Source: Aquificaceae bacterium (GTDB taxonomy: Bacteria; Aquificota; Aquificia; Aquificales; Aquificaceae). From it: 64,000 nt of DNA. The stretch covers positions 416,001 to 480,000 of the forward strand of contig JAXSNR010000002.1 in the NCBI GenBank assembly GCA_037925075.1. Reading direction: 5' to 3'. How positions within the stretch are numbered: position 1 is the stretch's first letter; every line of letters starts with the position of its first letter. The notes beneath the pieces are model-generated. The model did not search any database and was not told where the DNA came from. It saw nothing but the letters and a program-made list of their open reading frames with translations. Made by a program: the position numbers and the translations under genes. Positions 1 through 10,254 of this stretch are shown here, one piece after another.

Positions 1-715
1 CAACGGAATAAAGAGCGACCTTGTGAACCTTGTGAACAAGCAAACGGATGCAAGCTTTTCTGACGATGTGCTAACCATAGGTATAGCAAGAAGGGTAACA
101 CCCTACAAAAGGAATGACCTTATACTCAGGGACATAGACAGGTTGATACACATAGGGGAGAGTGTGGGGGAAATTCAGATTGTCTTTGCGGGGAAAGCCC
201 ATCCAAGGGACGGACTTGGTAAAGAGATGATAAAGAACATCTTTGAAAAGATGAAGCTTATAAGAGAAAGGACAAAGGCGGTTAAGGTAGCCTTTCTTGA
301 AAACTACGGCATAGATATGGCAAGGCTTTTGATAGCGGGATGCGACCTATGGCTAAATAATCCCAAAAGGCCATACGAAGCTTGTGGCACAAGTGGTATG
401 AAGGCTGGTATGAACGGAGTTCTCAACTTCTCCATATGGGACGGGTGGTGGCTTGAGGGTGGTATAGAGGGAGTAAACGGCTGGGGCATAGGTCCAAAAC
501 CAAGCTGGCAGGATTTAAGTGAATCAAAAGACGAAGAAGACCTTGAAGACCTTTATGGAAAGTTGGCTTACATAATCATACCCACCTACTACAAACATAG
601 GGATGAGTGGGTCCGTCTTATGAAAAACAGCATAGCGACCATAGGACCGTACTTTAACACCTACAGGATGGTAAGCGATTATATTAGTAAAGTGTACAAA
701 ATAGGATTGAGGTAG
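1..715 (+). CDS. glgP: alpha-glucan (glycogen/maltodextrin) phosphorylase, C-terminal part (5' end outside window)
   Basis: ARRVTPYKR, FAGKAHP and the PLP-binding EACGTSGMKA motifs. Confidence 0.93.
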   Translation, partial: NGIKSDLVNLVNKQTDASFSDDVLTIGIARRVTPYKRNDLILRDIDRLIHIGESVGEIQIVFAGKAHPRDGLGKEMIKNIFEKMKLIRERTKAVKVAFLENYGIDMARLLIAGCDLWLNNPKRPYEACGTSGMKAGMNGVLNFSIWDGWWLEGGIEGVNGWGIGPKPSWQDLSESKDEEDLEDLYGKLAYIIIPTYYKHRDEWVRLMKNSIATIGPYFNTYRMVSDYISKVYKIGLR

Positions 716-719
716 AAAT

Positions 720-1610
720 ATGGACAAAAGGGAAACCATAAACCTACTCCTTTACGATGTAGCCCTTGAGCATTCAGCCATAGTGCAGTATCTGTATCAC
801 ATATTTCTCATAAGCGACGGTAATATAACCTCTGAGATAGAAGAGATTGCCCGTCAGGAGATGAGGCACCTCAAGTGGTTTGCTCAGAAGGTGGTACAGC
901 TTGGTGGTCAGGTGGTCTTGGACAGGCTTGAGGATATGATCGTTATAGGGGGTCCAGATTGGGCGGATATGCTCTCAAGGGATGTGTGGGCGGAAGAAGA
1001 AGCCATAAGGGTATACAGCCAGCAACTGGAGTTGGTAAAGGATGATTCGGTTAAAAAACTCCTTGAGAGGGTCATAAAGGATGAACAAGATCACAAGGTG
1101 GAGTTTTCAGAGCTTATGCAAAGGGTCAAAGAGGGGCTCGTATGCTTGCCCTTGGAGGAGCAAAGACCAGACCCCAAAACCATTGAAGTTTTAAACAAGT
1201 TTCTCAAAGAGGAGTATCAAACCATAATCAACTACCTTTATCAGTTTTTCCACTCCAAAAATTGTGATTACAAGGACATAATGCTTGACCTTGCTATAGA
1301 AAGTATGGTGCATATGGGAAAGTTGGGTGAGAAGATTGGTGAGTTGGGCGGTATGCCAGACCTTCAACGCATGGACTTTTCACCAAAGCCTTTAAAAAGC
1401 CTTCAAGAGCAGGTAAAGGCGGAGATACTTTACGAGCAAGAAACGGGCGGTGAGTATGGCAAGGAGGTTGAGGAAGTCAAAGACCCGGAAATAAAGAGAC
1501 TCCTTAGCTTTATAGAGCATCAGGAAGAGTATCACAAGCAAAAGCTCATGGAGTTTTTCAAGCTCATGAACAGGCTTACGGTGGGAGATCTCAGAAAAAA
1601 GGATGCTTGA
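720..1610 (+). CDS. tandem ferritin-like (bacterioferritin/rubrerythrin-like) di-iron domain protein
   Basis: Two similar halves with ExxH pairs (EMRH/EQDH; ESMVH/EEYH) and QYLY/NYLY helices. Confidence 0.75.
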   Translation: MDKRETINLLLYDVALEHSAIVQYLYHIFLISDGNITSEIEEIARQEMRHLKWFAQKVVQLGGQVVLDRLEDMIVIGGPDWADMLSRDVWAEEEAIRVYSQQLELVKDDSVKKLLERVIKDEQDHKVEFSELMQRVKEGLVCLPLEEQRPDPKTIEVLNKFLKEEYQTIINYLYQFFHSKNCDYKDIMLDLAIESMVHMGKLGEKIGELGGMPDLQRMDFSPKPLKSLQEQVKAEILYEQETGGEYGKEVEEVKDPEIKRLLSFIEHQEEYHKQKLMEFFKLMNRLTVGDLRKKDA

Positions 1611-2166
1611 CCTTGTGATAAACTCCTTTAGAGAAAGTGCGGATGTAAAGTTGGCTTTTGTGGAGCTTTACGCTAACAGAATTTTGGAGGTGGGAGAGAT
1701 AATAGCTAGTGCTTTGAAGGAGGGCAACAAACTCCTACTTTTTGGCAACGGGGGAAGTGCTGCAGACGCTCAGCATATGGCAGGTGAGATAGTGGGTAGG
1801 TTTAAAAGGGAAAGGAGGGCTTTGCCCGCCATAGCCCTAACCACGGATACCTCTATACTTACCGCGGTAGGAAACGACTATGGCTTTGAAAGCGTATTTG
1901 AAAGACAGATAGAAGCCCTATGCATGCCCGGAGACATTGCCATCGGCATAAGCACTTCGGGAAACTCACCCAACGTGATAAGGGGTCTAATGAAGGCTCA
2001 CGACCTTGGAGCAACCACCATAGCTTTTACAGGTAGAGATGGTGGAAAGTTGGTAGATATAGCCCACTACAGCTTTGTGGTCCCTTCCTACGATACCGCA
2101 CGCATCCAAGAGTGCCATATAACCCTTGCTCATGTGATCTGCGATATAGTTGATAGGCTTTTATGA
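1603..2166 (+). CDS. gmhA: D-sedoheptulose 7-phosphate isomerase
   Basis: [17 protein letters not shown] and IQECH motifs. Confidence 0.95.
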   Translation: MLDLVINSFRESADVKLAFVELYANRILEVGEIIASALKEGNKLLLFGNGGSAADAQHMAGEIVGRFKRERRALPAIALTTDTSILTAVGNDYGFESVFERQIEALCMPGDIAIGISTSGNSPNVIRGLMKAHDLGATTIAFTGRDGGKLVDIAHYSFVVPSYDTARIQECHITLAHVICDIVDRLL

Positions 2167-2981
2167 AAGCTCTTCTTTTTGTAAAGGACAGTCAAAGAGC
2201 AAGGGAGGTCTCTCAAAGGGTTGCCGAAATTGTAAAGACTGGTGCAAAGCTGGAGGTTTTTATAAACGAGAGAACAAGGAGAGAAAAACCGAGCCTTAAG
2301 GGTATTGACCTGCTTGTGGTGGTGGGTGGAGATGGCACCTTTTTGGCTGGTGCAAGGCTTGCTTCAAAGGAGGGTGTGCCACTTTTGGGTATAAACGTGG
2401 GAAGGTTTGGCTTTCTCACAGAGGTGGAGCTGGAGGAGTTAGAGGAGGTGTTTGGGCTTATCTTGGAGGGCAAAATAGAGCCTCAGAAAAGGATGATGCT
2501 CTCCGCCTTTTTGGTAAGAGATTCTCAAGAGCTTTACCTTGGGGACTACCTTAACGATGTGGTGGTTTCAAAGGAAAGCCTTGCCCGTATGGTGGAGGTG
2601 GAGATAGAGCTTCAGAGGGAAAAGGTGCTAAAGGTTTATGGTGATGGTGTTATAGTTTCCACTCCTACGGGTTCTACCGCCTATGCTTTGTCCGCGGGAG
2701 GACCCATACTCTACCCTCTTATGGAAGCCCTCCTTTTTGTTCCCATATGCCCGCATACCCTCTCCAACAGACCCCTTGTTTTTCCGGCGGACTTTGAGAT
2801 AAGGCTTATAAACCTCTCAGAGGACCATATGGCATACCTCACCCTTGACGGACAAGAGGGCATGAGCCTTAAAAAGGATGACTTGGTTCTTGTAAAAAAG
2901 TCTCAAAACTACTGCCTCATGTATCCAAACCCAAAAAGAAGCTTTTTTGGGATTCTTAAAGAAAAGCTAAGGTGGGGCTAA
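2163..2981 (+). CDS. nadK: NAD(+) kinase
   Basis: GGDGT, ND and [15 protein letters not shown] motifs. Confidence 0.95.
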   Translation: MKALLFVKDSQRAREVSQRVAEIVKTGAKLEVFINERTRREKPSLKGIDLLVVVGGDGTFLAGARLASKEGVPLLGINVGRFGFLTEVELEELEEVFGLILEGKIEPQKRMMLSAFLVRDSQELYLGDYLNDVVVSKESLARMVEVEIELQREKVLKVYGDGVIVSTPTGSTAYALSAGGPILYPLMEALLFVPICPHTLSNRPLVFPADFEIRLINLSEDHMAYLTLDGQEGMSLKKDDLVLVKKSQNYCLMYPNPKRSFFGILKEKLRWG

Positions 2982-3013
2982 AAAAATACTTGTATTGTAA
3001 AAAAATACTTGCA

Positions 3014-3028
3014 TGATAATTATTCTCA
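3014..3028. promoter_or_regulatory. Fur/PerR-like 7-1-7 operator upstream of the hemerythrin gene
   Basis: TGATAAT-T-ATTCTCA, one mismatch from TGATAATnATTATCA. Confidence 0.55.
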
Positions 3029-3060
3029 TATTATATTTATTATATAAAGGAGGTGATAAC

Positions 3061-3453
3061 ATGAGACTTATACAAATAAATCCGGATCTACTTACTGGTG
3101 TTGAAGAGATGGACAGGCAACACATGCGCATAGCGGACTACATAAACCATGTAGCAGACCTAATTTCTGAAGATAAACTGGAGGAAGCCATTGAGTTTTT
3201 CAAGGAAACACTCCTGCCCTTTGTGAAGCATCACTTAGCAAGCGAAGAAAACTTTATGTTGTCCATTGAATACCCAGACTATGAAACACATAGAAAGCAT
3301 CATGATTGGGTTCTAAACCTGTTTATAGATGTAGCCAACAAGCTTTCAGACAAAAAAAGCGTAAGACAGGCTATTTCTTTACTAACAGGCTGGCTTTATG
3401 GTCATGTGGGTAGTGTGGATAAGAAATACGGAGTTTTTATAACAGCAAAGTGA
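3061..3453 (+). CDS. bacteriohemerythrin
   Basis: TGVEEMDRQH, HHxxxEE, YPxxxxHxxxH and HxxxxD iron ligands; AGGAGGT SD before ATG 3061. Confidence 0.88.
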   Translation: MRLIQINPDLLTGVEEMDRQHMRIADYINHVADLISEDKLEEAIEFFKETLLPFVKHHLASEENFMLSIEYPDYETHRKHHDWVLNLFIDVANKLSDKKSVRQAISLLTGWLYGHVGSVDKKYGVFITAK

Positions 3454-3467
3454 AGGTATAATTAGAA

Positions 3468-4211
3468 TTGCTGATGTTTAAGGAGTATGTCGCCTTTCGC
3501 TTTAAAGAAGGAAGTTTACAACCTGTAAAACACCCCCATATTCCAAGCTTTGATACTCTTTTCTGTATAGAGGAACAAAAGCGGGTACTAAGGAGTAATA
3601 CGGAAAGGCTTGTGAAGGGCATACCGGCTCACGACGCCTTGCTTTGGGGAGACAGAGGCACAGGAAAGTCCTCTTTAGTAAAGTCCATGCTGGGACTTTT
3701 TGCCCAAGAGGGTCTAAGGCTTGTCCAAGTCTATAAAATGGACATAAGCCACCTCTCTGACCTTTATGAACTTCTCAGAAACCAAGAAGAGAAGTTTATC
3801 CTCTTTTTTGACGACCTTTCCTTTGAGCCCGGAGATGAAAACATCAGGGTTTTAAAGTCTCTCATGGAGGGAGATGTGGAGGAAAGGCCTTCAAACGTGC
3901 TTGTGTATGCGACCTCCAACAGAAGATATCTCATGCCCGAAAGGGAAGAGGAAGGGAAGTTTCCCGAAGAGGGCTACTGGGAAAGGGCATCCCTCGTAGA
4001 AAGGTTTGGCATAAGGTTGGGCTTTTTCAGTTTTGGGAAGGTGCAGTACCTTGATATAGTAAAAAAACTGGCACTTCAGAAGGGTATAAACCTTGAGGAA
4101 AAAGAGCTTGAAGGGCTTGCCCTTGAATGGGCTTTGCATAGGGGCTTTTCTGGCAGGAGTGCAAGCCAGTTTATAAAGGACCTTGAAGGGAGGTTGAAGT
4201 TAAAATTTTAA
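3468..4211 (+). CDS. AAA+ ATP-binding protein (DUF815 family)
   Basis: WGDRGTGKSS Walker A, FFDDLSFE and YATSNRR motifs. Confidence 0.85.
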   Translation: MLMFKEYVAFRFKEGSLQPVKHPHIPSFDTLFCIEEQKRVLRSNTERLVKGIPAHDALLWGDRGTGKSSLVKSMLGLFAQEGLRLVQVYKMDISHLSDLYELLRNQEEKFILFFDDLSFEPGDENIRVLKSLMEGDVEERPSNVLVYATSNRRYLMPEREEEGKFPEEGYWERASLVERFGIRLGFFSFGKVQYLDIVKKLALQKGINLEEKELEGLALEWALHRGFSGRSASQFIKDLEGRLKLKF

Positions 4212-4212
4212 C

Positions 4213-5925
4213 ATGACCTTTTGGGAGCTTTCCCAGTACTTTTATCGCCTTGAGCAAACCACAAGCAGGCTAGAGATGGCACAGATACTGGGAGAGCTTT
4301 TAGAAAAGGCAAGCGTGGAAGAGGTGGACAAGGTGGTCTATCTTACCTTAGGTGAACTTGTGCCAGCCTTTAGGGGATTGGAGTTTGGGATTTCGGAAAA
4401 GCTTATGATGGAAGCCCTTTCCAAAGCGTGCGGTGTAAGGCTAAGTCAGTTGCAAGCCCTATACAAACAGAAGGGAGACCTTGGAGACACCGCCCAAGAG
4501 CTTATAAAATGGCAAGGAAGAAACCTAAGCCTTGTAAAGGTATATGGAGAACTCTTTGATATAGCACGCACAAGGGGGACTTTGGATAAGCTTATGAAGC
4601 TTATAAGCCTTCTAAAGGGGCTTTCTGGCTTTGAAGCCAAGTATGCGGTAAGGGTTGTTATAGGAAGGCTAAGGCTTGGGGTGGGTGATGCCACCATAAT
4701 TGACGCCATGGCTAAGGGAAGAAGGGAGCTAAAGACTCTCATAGAAAGGGCTTACAACCTTTGCTCTGATTTGGGATTTGTAGCAAAAAGGTTCAAAGAG
4801 GGTGGACCTTCCGCTTTGAAGGAGTTTAAGGTTCAGGTGGGCTTTCCCATAAGGATGGCTCTGGCGGAGAGGGTGGCAAGTGCTGAGGAAATTGTTCAAA
4901 GGTTGGGAAGATGCGCGGTAGAAGCCAAGTACGATGGCTTTAGGCTTCAAGTCCATAAGGATGGGGAAAAGGTGGAAATATACTCAAGAAACCTTGAGCG
5001 TATGACGGAGATGTTCCCAGAGGTGGTAAAGGCTGTTCTTGAGGATATAAAGGTTCAGAGGGTTATACTTGAGGGGGAAGCTCTGGCTATAAATGAAGAA
5101 ACGGGAGAGTTCTATCCCTTTCAGATAACCATACAGAGAAAGAGAAAATACAGTGTAGAAGAATACTCAAGGGAATATCCCCTTAAGCTCTTTGCCTTTG
5201 ACCTTCTTTACCTTGAGGGAGAGGACTACACAGTAAAGCCCTACACGGAAAGAAGAAAAGCCCTTGAAGAGCTTCTTACTCAAACAAACACCCTTCGCAC
5301 TTCGGAGATGTTTATAACCGACAGTGCAAAGGAAATAGAAGCCTTCTTTGAGGATGTTATAACGAGGGGGCTTGAGGGTATAATGGCAAAAAGGCTTGAC
5401 GCACCGTACACCGCAGGTTCAAGAAACTTCAACTGGATAAAGCTAAAAAGGAGCTACAGGGGAAGCCTTGCGGATACCATAGACGTGGTCATAGTGGGTT
5501 ATTACTACGGAAGGGGTGCAAGGGCAAAATTGGGCATAGGTGGGCTTCTTGTGGCGGTCTATGAACCATCCACAGATACCTTTAAGACTGTAAGCAAGGT
5601 GGGTTCAGGCTTTACAGAGGAGGAATGGATAAGGCTAAAGGGCATGTTAGATAGGATAAGGCTAGACCATAAGCATCCGAGGGTGGACAGTCTCATAGAT
5701 GTGGATGCTTGGGTGGAGCCAAGGTATGTGATAACCGTGAACGCGGATGAGATCACTAGGTCTCCCCTTCACACTGCAGGAAGAACCATAGAAGAACCCG
5801 GCTATGCCCTTCGTTTTCCAAGGGCTGTAAGCTTTGTAAGGGAAGACAAAAATCCAGAGGATGCCAACACGGTGGAGGAGATAATAAGACTTTACCAACT
5901 TCAAAAGAGGGTTTCCATAGAGTAG
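4213..5925 (+). CDS. lig: ATP-dependent DNA ligase (archaeal-type)
   Basis: EAKYDGFRLQVH (motif I), EGE, FAFDLLY, EGIMAK, WIKLK and LRFPR. Confidence 0.95.
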   Translation: MTFWELSQYFYRLEQTTSRLEMAQILGELLEKASVEEVDKVVYLTLGELVPAFRGLEFGISEKLMMEALSKACGVRLSQLQALYKQKGDLGDTAQELIKWQGRNLSLVKVYGELFDIARTRGTLDKLMKLISLLKGLSGFEAKYAVRVVIGRLRLGVGDATIIDAMAKGRRELKTLIERAYNLCSDLGFVAKRFKEGGPSALKEFKVQVGFPIRMALAERVASAEEIVQRLGRCAVEAKYDGFRLQVHKDGEKVEIYSRNLERMTEMFPEVVKAVLEDIKVQRVILEGEALAINEETGEFYPFQITIQRKRKYSVEEYSREYPLKLFAFDLLYLEGEDYTVKPYTERRKALEELLTQTNTLRTSEMFITDSAKEIEAFFEDVITRGLEGIMAKRLDAPYTAGSRNFNWIKLKRSYRGSLADTIDVVIVGYYYGRGARAKLGIGGLLVAVYEPSTDTFKTVSKVGSGFTEEEWIRLKGMLDRIRLDHKHPRVDSLIDVDAWVEPRYVITVNADEITRSPLHTAGRTIEEPGYALRFPRAVSFVREDKNPEDANTVEEIIRLYQLQKRVSIE

Positions 5926-5999
5926 TGGCGGCGGGAGGACTCGAACCTCCGACCTGAGACTTATGAGATCTCCGCTCTAACCAGCTGAGCTACGCCGCC
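5926..5999 (-). tRNA. tRNA-Met (CAT), probably elongator; CCA not encoded
   Basis: Reverse complement GGCGGCGTAGCTCAG...CTCATAA...GGTTCGAGTCC...CGCCGCCA forms a cloverleaf. Confidence 0.9.
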
Positions 6000-6004
6000 T
6001 ATGT

Positions 6005-7345
6005 TTATATTATATTATACTCCCTTAGCTTTGAAATTAGTGTGTTCCTAGACATTCCCAACACTTGAGCCACCTTACTCTTATTCCCACCAAACCTTTC
6101 AAGAAGTTTCTTTATTACCATAAGCTCAAGCTTCTCAAGGATATTAGGAAGCTCTTCTTCGGGAATTGTTTGTAGGCATTTTTCTACAATAGGTTCAAGA
6201 TTTTCTCTTTTTTCTGGCTCTTTAAGTTCAAAGTCCGCTTCTGTGAGCACACCGTATCTTTTCTTCATACACATCCTAAAAACCGCATTCTTTAACTCCC
6301 TTACGTTTCCATACCACGGGTAATTAAGTGCTTTGTCAATAAAGGATTTATCCGCACCACTTACATTTGTGTCAAGCTCCTTGTTGGCAAGATTGATGAA
6401 GTATTCAATAAGCGGTGGTATATCTTGTTTTCTTTCCCTAAGAGGGGGTATATGTATGTGTATCTGGGATACTCTATAAAACAGGTCTTCTCTAAACTCT
6501 TGCTTTTCAACCATTTCCTTTATGTTCCTATTGGTGGCACATATGATCCTAACGTCCGCATGCAATTCTTTGTTTGAACCCAATGGATAAAAACTCTTTT
6601 CTTCTATGAACCTTAAAAGTTTTGATTGCTTGCCGTAGGGTAGCTCACCGATCTCATCAAGAAAGAGAGTTCCTCCCTGTGCCTGTTCCACCTTACCCTT
6701 TCTGTCTGAAGCCGCACCAGTAAAGGCTCCCTTTGTGTATCCAAAGAGCTCCGCTTCAAACAGATCTTTTGGAATGGCACTACAGTTTAGGGCGACAAAG
6801 GGCTTTCCACTTCTCGCGGAGTTTGCATGTATCAGCCTTGCAACCACTTCCTTGCCAACCCCCGTTTCACCCGTTATAAGTACGTTAAGGTCGCACCCGC
6901 TTGCAATACCAGCCTGTTTTAGGACTTCAAACATTTCCTTTGACGCAAACACTAAACCCTTTGGCTCCATAAGTACGGTCCGTATTGGGGGTTTTTGCTC
7001 CATAGCACCTTTTACAACCCTTAGAAGTTCATCCACGCCAAAGGGTTTTTTTAGAACATCCACAGCTCCAAGCCTTGAAGCTCTAACTATCATATCAGGG
7101 TCGGTGTAAGCAGTTATAAAAACTACTGGTACGTTGTAGCCTTTAGACCTTAATTCCTCCATAACCTCCACACCATTTTTATCTAAAAGCCGTATGTCCA
7201 TTATAAGGAGGTCCGCTTCGCCGATATGCTCTTCCAAGCCTTCGGGGCTCAAAAGGGTTAGCACCTCAAAGCCTTGATTGGAAAGTGCCTTTTTTATTGC
7301 GTACAGGATAAACCTTTCATCATCCACCACAACAACCTTAGCCAT
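6005..7345 (-). CDS. sigma-54-dependent response regulator (NtrC family; AioR-like by context)
   Basis: Receiver domain, GETGVGKE, GAFTGA, FLDEIGE and C-terminal Fis-type HTH. Confidence 0.92.
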   Translation of the reverse strand: MAKVVVVDDERFILYAIKKALSNQGFEVLTLLSPEGLEEHIGEADLLIMDIRLLDKNGVEVMEELRSKGYNVPVVFITAYTDPDMIVRASRLGAVDVLKKPFGVDELLRVVKGAMEQKPPIRTVLMEPKGLVFASKEMFEVLKQAGIASGCDLNVLITGETGVGKEVVARLIHANSARSGKPFVALNCSAIPKDLFEAELFGYTKGAFTGAASDRKGKVEQAQGGTLFLDEIGELPYGKQSKLLRFIEEKSFYPLGSNKELHADVRIICATNRNIKEMVEKQEFREDLFYRVSQIHIHIPPLRERKQDIPPLIEYFINLANKELDTNVSGADKSFIDKALNYPWYGNVRELKNAVFRMCMKKRYGVLTEADFELKEPEKRENLEPIVEKCLQTIPEEELPNILEKLELMVIKKLLERFGGNKSKVAQVLGMSRNTLISKLREYNII

Positions 7346-9011
7346 TAAAGGGCACCTCTAAATAAAATTTTGTTCCCAAACCCTTTTGGGATTCGTAGGT
7401 AAGATGACCACCTAACAGATAAGTGTACTTCATGGCTATGGAAAGCCCAAGCCCAGTACCTTCCCTTTTGGTTGTAAAAAAAGGCTCAAACACTCTATCC
7501 TTCATATCCTCCTCTATCCCCGGTCCATCATCAAAAACGGTAAAAACCAGCTTATCATCTTTGATTTTTACCTCTATCCCCACTGTACCACCCCGTTCAA
7601 CAGCATCTATGGCGTTCTTAATCAGATTTGCAAGTATAAGCTCAAGATATCCCCTTTCCATAAACAAGTTTGCATCTTGGATATCTGCTGAAAAGTTTAT
7701 GTTCTTTTCTTTTAACAAAGGCTCAAAAAGGTTTTGAATACCTCTAATAAGGTCGCTAACATAAAAGTGGGATTTTACCTCCTTTTTTTGCCTTGCAAAG
7801 TTAAGCATGTTTATTAGAACCCTATCCACCCTTGCAAGAGACTGCTTTACTACCTTTATATCTTCTCTATCCCACTCTTCCACATCCGCCAAAAGTCTTA
7901 TAGGTAGTAGGGCATTTTTCAACTCATGGGCAAGACCCACACTCATCTCCCCAAGAAGACTAAGCGTCTCCATAAGTTTTATCCTTTTTTCCATCTCCTT
8001 TAGCTCCCTTATATCCCTTATGGTAACTAAATAAAACTCCTCCTTGAACATAAAGTTTATAAGAACATCAATCTTCATCTCTCTTGTCCTGAATTGCCCT
8101 TCAAGAATAGCATCCTCTTTTAAAGACATTGCCTTTCTTAACCTTGAACGCACCCTTGCATCGCAGATAAGAATAAAAAACCGCCTACCTATAAGGTCTT
8201 GATATCTGTAATGAAACTGTTCTACCATGGCGTTTGTAAAGATTATCCTACCCTCCACATCCAGAACAAAAATCATTTCACCAAGAGAGTTTACAAGATT
8301 GAAAAAGAACTCCCCTTCAAATCTTGCATTTTCCAAAAGTCTTTTTATATTTTTTAAGCTTTGATATAGATAGTTAGCCAATTCCTGAAGTTCATCCTTC
8401 TCAATAAAATAAACAGGATATACACTACCTTTTTCTGCATCCTCCGCCATCTTGATTATTTTTTTAAGTCTTCCGTATATTCTAAGGGATATTAAAAGAC
8501 CTAATACAAGACCTAAAGCCGAAAAAATAAGTGTAAAGCCTATAGCAAACATCTTTACAGGCATAAGGGAGCTCTCTATGTACTTGTTATCAACCCTAAA
8601 AACCGCGTACCCTATGGTTCCGTTATAACTCCTTATATCAATTTTCCTCTCTTCTTGGTTTGAAAGGTAAAAGGTGTATATGGGGAATTGTTGCGGTCTT
8701 GAATGTGCTAGTATAAACCCATCGGTGTTAAGTATGGCGACATATTCTATGCCTTTAAACCTCGCCCATGCGTCCACTCGCTTAAAAATCTGCCAGTAGT
8801 CCCCACTGATAATGGCGGTTCTGATGTTTCCTTCTTCCGCTTCAAAACTCTTAATAATGCTTTCTTCTACTTGTTTTCTCAAAAGGTTTCCCGAATAGTT
8901 TATTATCAAATAAGATAGGGATGCAGATACACATATAATAACAATAAGAAAAGTTATGGCTAATTTAAAACCTATGCTCAGCCTTAAAATTCTATCTTTT
9001 AGAGAATACAT
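7338..9011 (-). CDS. membrane sensor histidine kinase with PAS-like domain (AioS-like by context)
   Basis: Two TM helices, H-box AHELKN, NLIKNA, DDGPG, FEPFFTTK and GTGLGL. Confidence 0.92.
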   Translation of the reverse strand: MYSLKDRILRLSIGFKLAITFLIVIICVSASLSYLIINYSGNLLRKQVEESIIKSFEAEEGNIRTAIISGDYWQIFKRVDAWARFKGIEYVAILNTDGFILAHSRPQQFPIYTFYLSNQEERKIDIRSYNGTIGYAVFRVDNKYIESSLMPVKMFAIGFTLIFSALGLVLGLLISLRIYGRLKKIIKMAEDAEKGSVYPVYFIEKDELQELANYLYQSLKNIKRLLENARFEGEFFFNLVNSLGEMIFVLDVEGRIIFTNAMVEQFHYRYQDLIGRRFFILICDARVRSRLRKAMSLKEDAILEGQFRTREMKIDVLINFMFKEEFYLVTIRDIRELKEMEKRIKLMETLSLLGEMSVGLAHELKNALLPIRLLADVEEWDREDIKVVKQSLARVDRVLINMLNFARQKKEVKSHFYVSDLIRGIQNLFEPLLKEKNINFSADIQDANLFMERGYLELILANLIKNAIDAVERGGTVGIEVKIKDDKLVFTVFDDGPGIEEDMKDRVFEPFFTTKREGTGLGLSIAMKYTYLLGGHLTYESQKGLGTKFYLEVPFNG

Positions 9012-9837
9012 CTTTATTCACATATTTCAGCATATGCTTTATTGGCATGTAAAAATTATCTTCTACTACTGTAAACCCAGATATACCCAGCAAACTTAGT
9101 ACTTTTTTGCCTTCTTTTTCCTTATTCATCTCAAGCAAAGCATCTCTCATTTTTTTTACTATTGTGGTGTCTAAGCCTCTTCGGTATACAAAGGGAGTTA
9201 TTGGAAAGGGGCCATACTTTTCTACCACCTTAATTTCCTTTCCAATGCTTTTGTCAAGTTTTAAAACCTGCTCATAAACAATGCTATCCACACTTGCTCC
9301 CTCCACAAAACCCTTATAAACCGCCAATATAGATTCGTAGTGGGAGTAGGTATAGATTACTGGCTTGAAAAACTCATCAGGTTTCAGCCCTCTTTTAAGG
9401 AGGTTGTACGTGGGGACAAGGGAGCCTGAGTTGGATTTTGGGTCTGAAAAGGCGTAGGTCTTTCCTTTGAAGTCTAAAAGGCTTTTGTAGTGTTTTTCCT
9501 TTCTCGTTATAACCAGAGAGTAATAATAGGGCTTTCCCTCAGAGTTAAGAGGAACAGCTACTATCTTATAACCATATCTATCCTTACCCTCCACGTATGG
9601 GGCTCCGCATATGTATGCTATATCAACTCTACCTATTGCCAAAAAGTGGTCCATTTCGTCGTAGGACTTAGCGAATACAGGTTTGAGTAAAAATCCAGTC
9701 TTTTTTGAAAGGTAGTCCAAAAAGGAGTGTATGCTTCCTGCATCTTCCCTTGTTATAACTGCGGTAAAGCCAACTTTTATCTCCTGCGAATAGGCAAAAG
9801 TAAAAGTAAGAAGGGTTATAAGAAGAAATAGCACCAT
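8992..9837 (-). CDS. PhnD-family periplasmic binding protein, AioX/ArxX-like
   Basis: Signal peptide, YICGAPY Cys motif, YYYSLVI and FSDPKSNSG; overlaps the kinase gene. Confidence 0.75.
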   Translation of the reverse strand: MVLFLLITLLTFTFAYSQEIKVGFTAVITREDAGSIHSFLDYLSKKTGFLLKPVFAKSYDEMDHFLAIGRVDIAYICGAPYVEGKDRYGYKIVAVPLNSEGKPYYYSLVITRKEKHYKSLLDFKGKTYAFSDPKSNSGSLVPTYNLLKRGLKPDEFFKPVIYTYSHYESILAVYKGFVEGASVDSIVYEQVLKLDKSIGKEIKVVEKYGPFPITPFVYRRGLDTTIVKKMRDALLEMNKEKEGKKVLSLLGISGFTVVEDNFYMPIKHMLKYVNKDVFSKR

Positions 9838-9948
9838 AAAATATAATTTACACATCCAGCAAAAAATTCCATCTTCCAGTACAGCTCCAAATAGATGTAA
9901 AAGTTAGCTTTTTTAGTCGGTGTGTATTTTAAGATTATACTTTGTATT

Positions 9949-10215
9949 ATGGAGGAAAGCTTAAAGGGTTTGGTTTTCTTTTACTATACATTCTCTGAGC
10001 TATTCCTTGCGAGGGACTACTATTATCTCAATAAGCTGTGTCAGAACATGCTGGATTCGGACTATTCAACTTATGCTACATCTGTGCTTGAACATATTCA
10101 TAGTGGCCTTCTTCCTGTAGAGCTTGAACTTTTGGAAAATGCTTGCCTGTTGGAAAGAAACCACAGACAGGTTGATACAGACCAGCTCCTAAAGTCTTAC
10201 GAACACTTTGGATAA
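9949..10215 (+). pseudogene. short ORF, possibly a truncated TorD/DmsD-like chaperone
   Basis: Helical ORF ending LLKSYEHFG*; weak by-eye resemblance only. Confidence 0.3.
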
Positions 10216-10254
10216 AGGTAAGGAGTTTTGTCTTTTTGAGCTGGAGAAGAAATG

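Noticed and set aside
9856..9871. sigma-54 promoter-like TGGAATTTTTTGCT on the minus strand
   Set aside because: GG-to-GC spacing is 8 nt, not the required 10
5926..10254. tRNA-Met-anchored integrative island carrying the regulator trio
   Set aside because: The AT-rich block lies on the 5' side of the tRNA; no integrase or duplicated tRNA 3' end was seen
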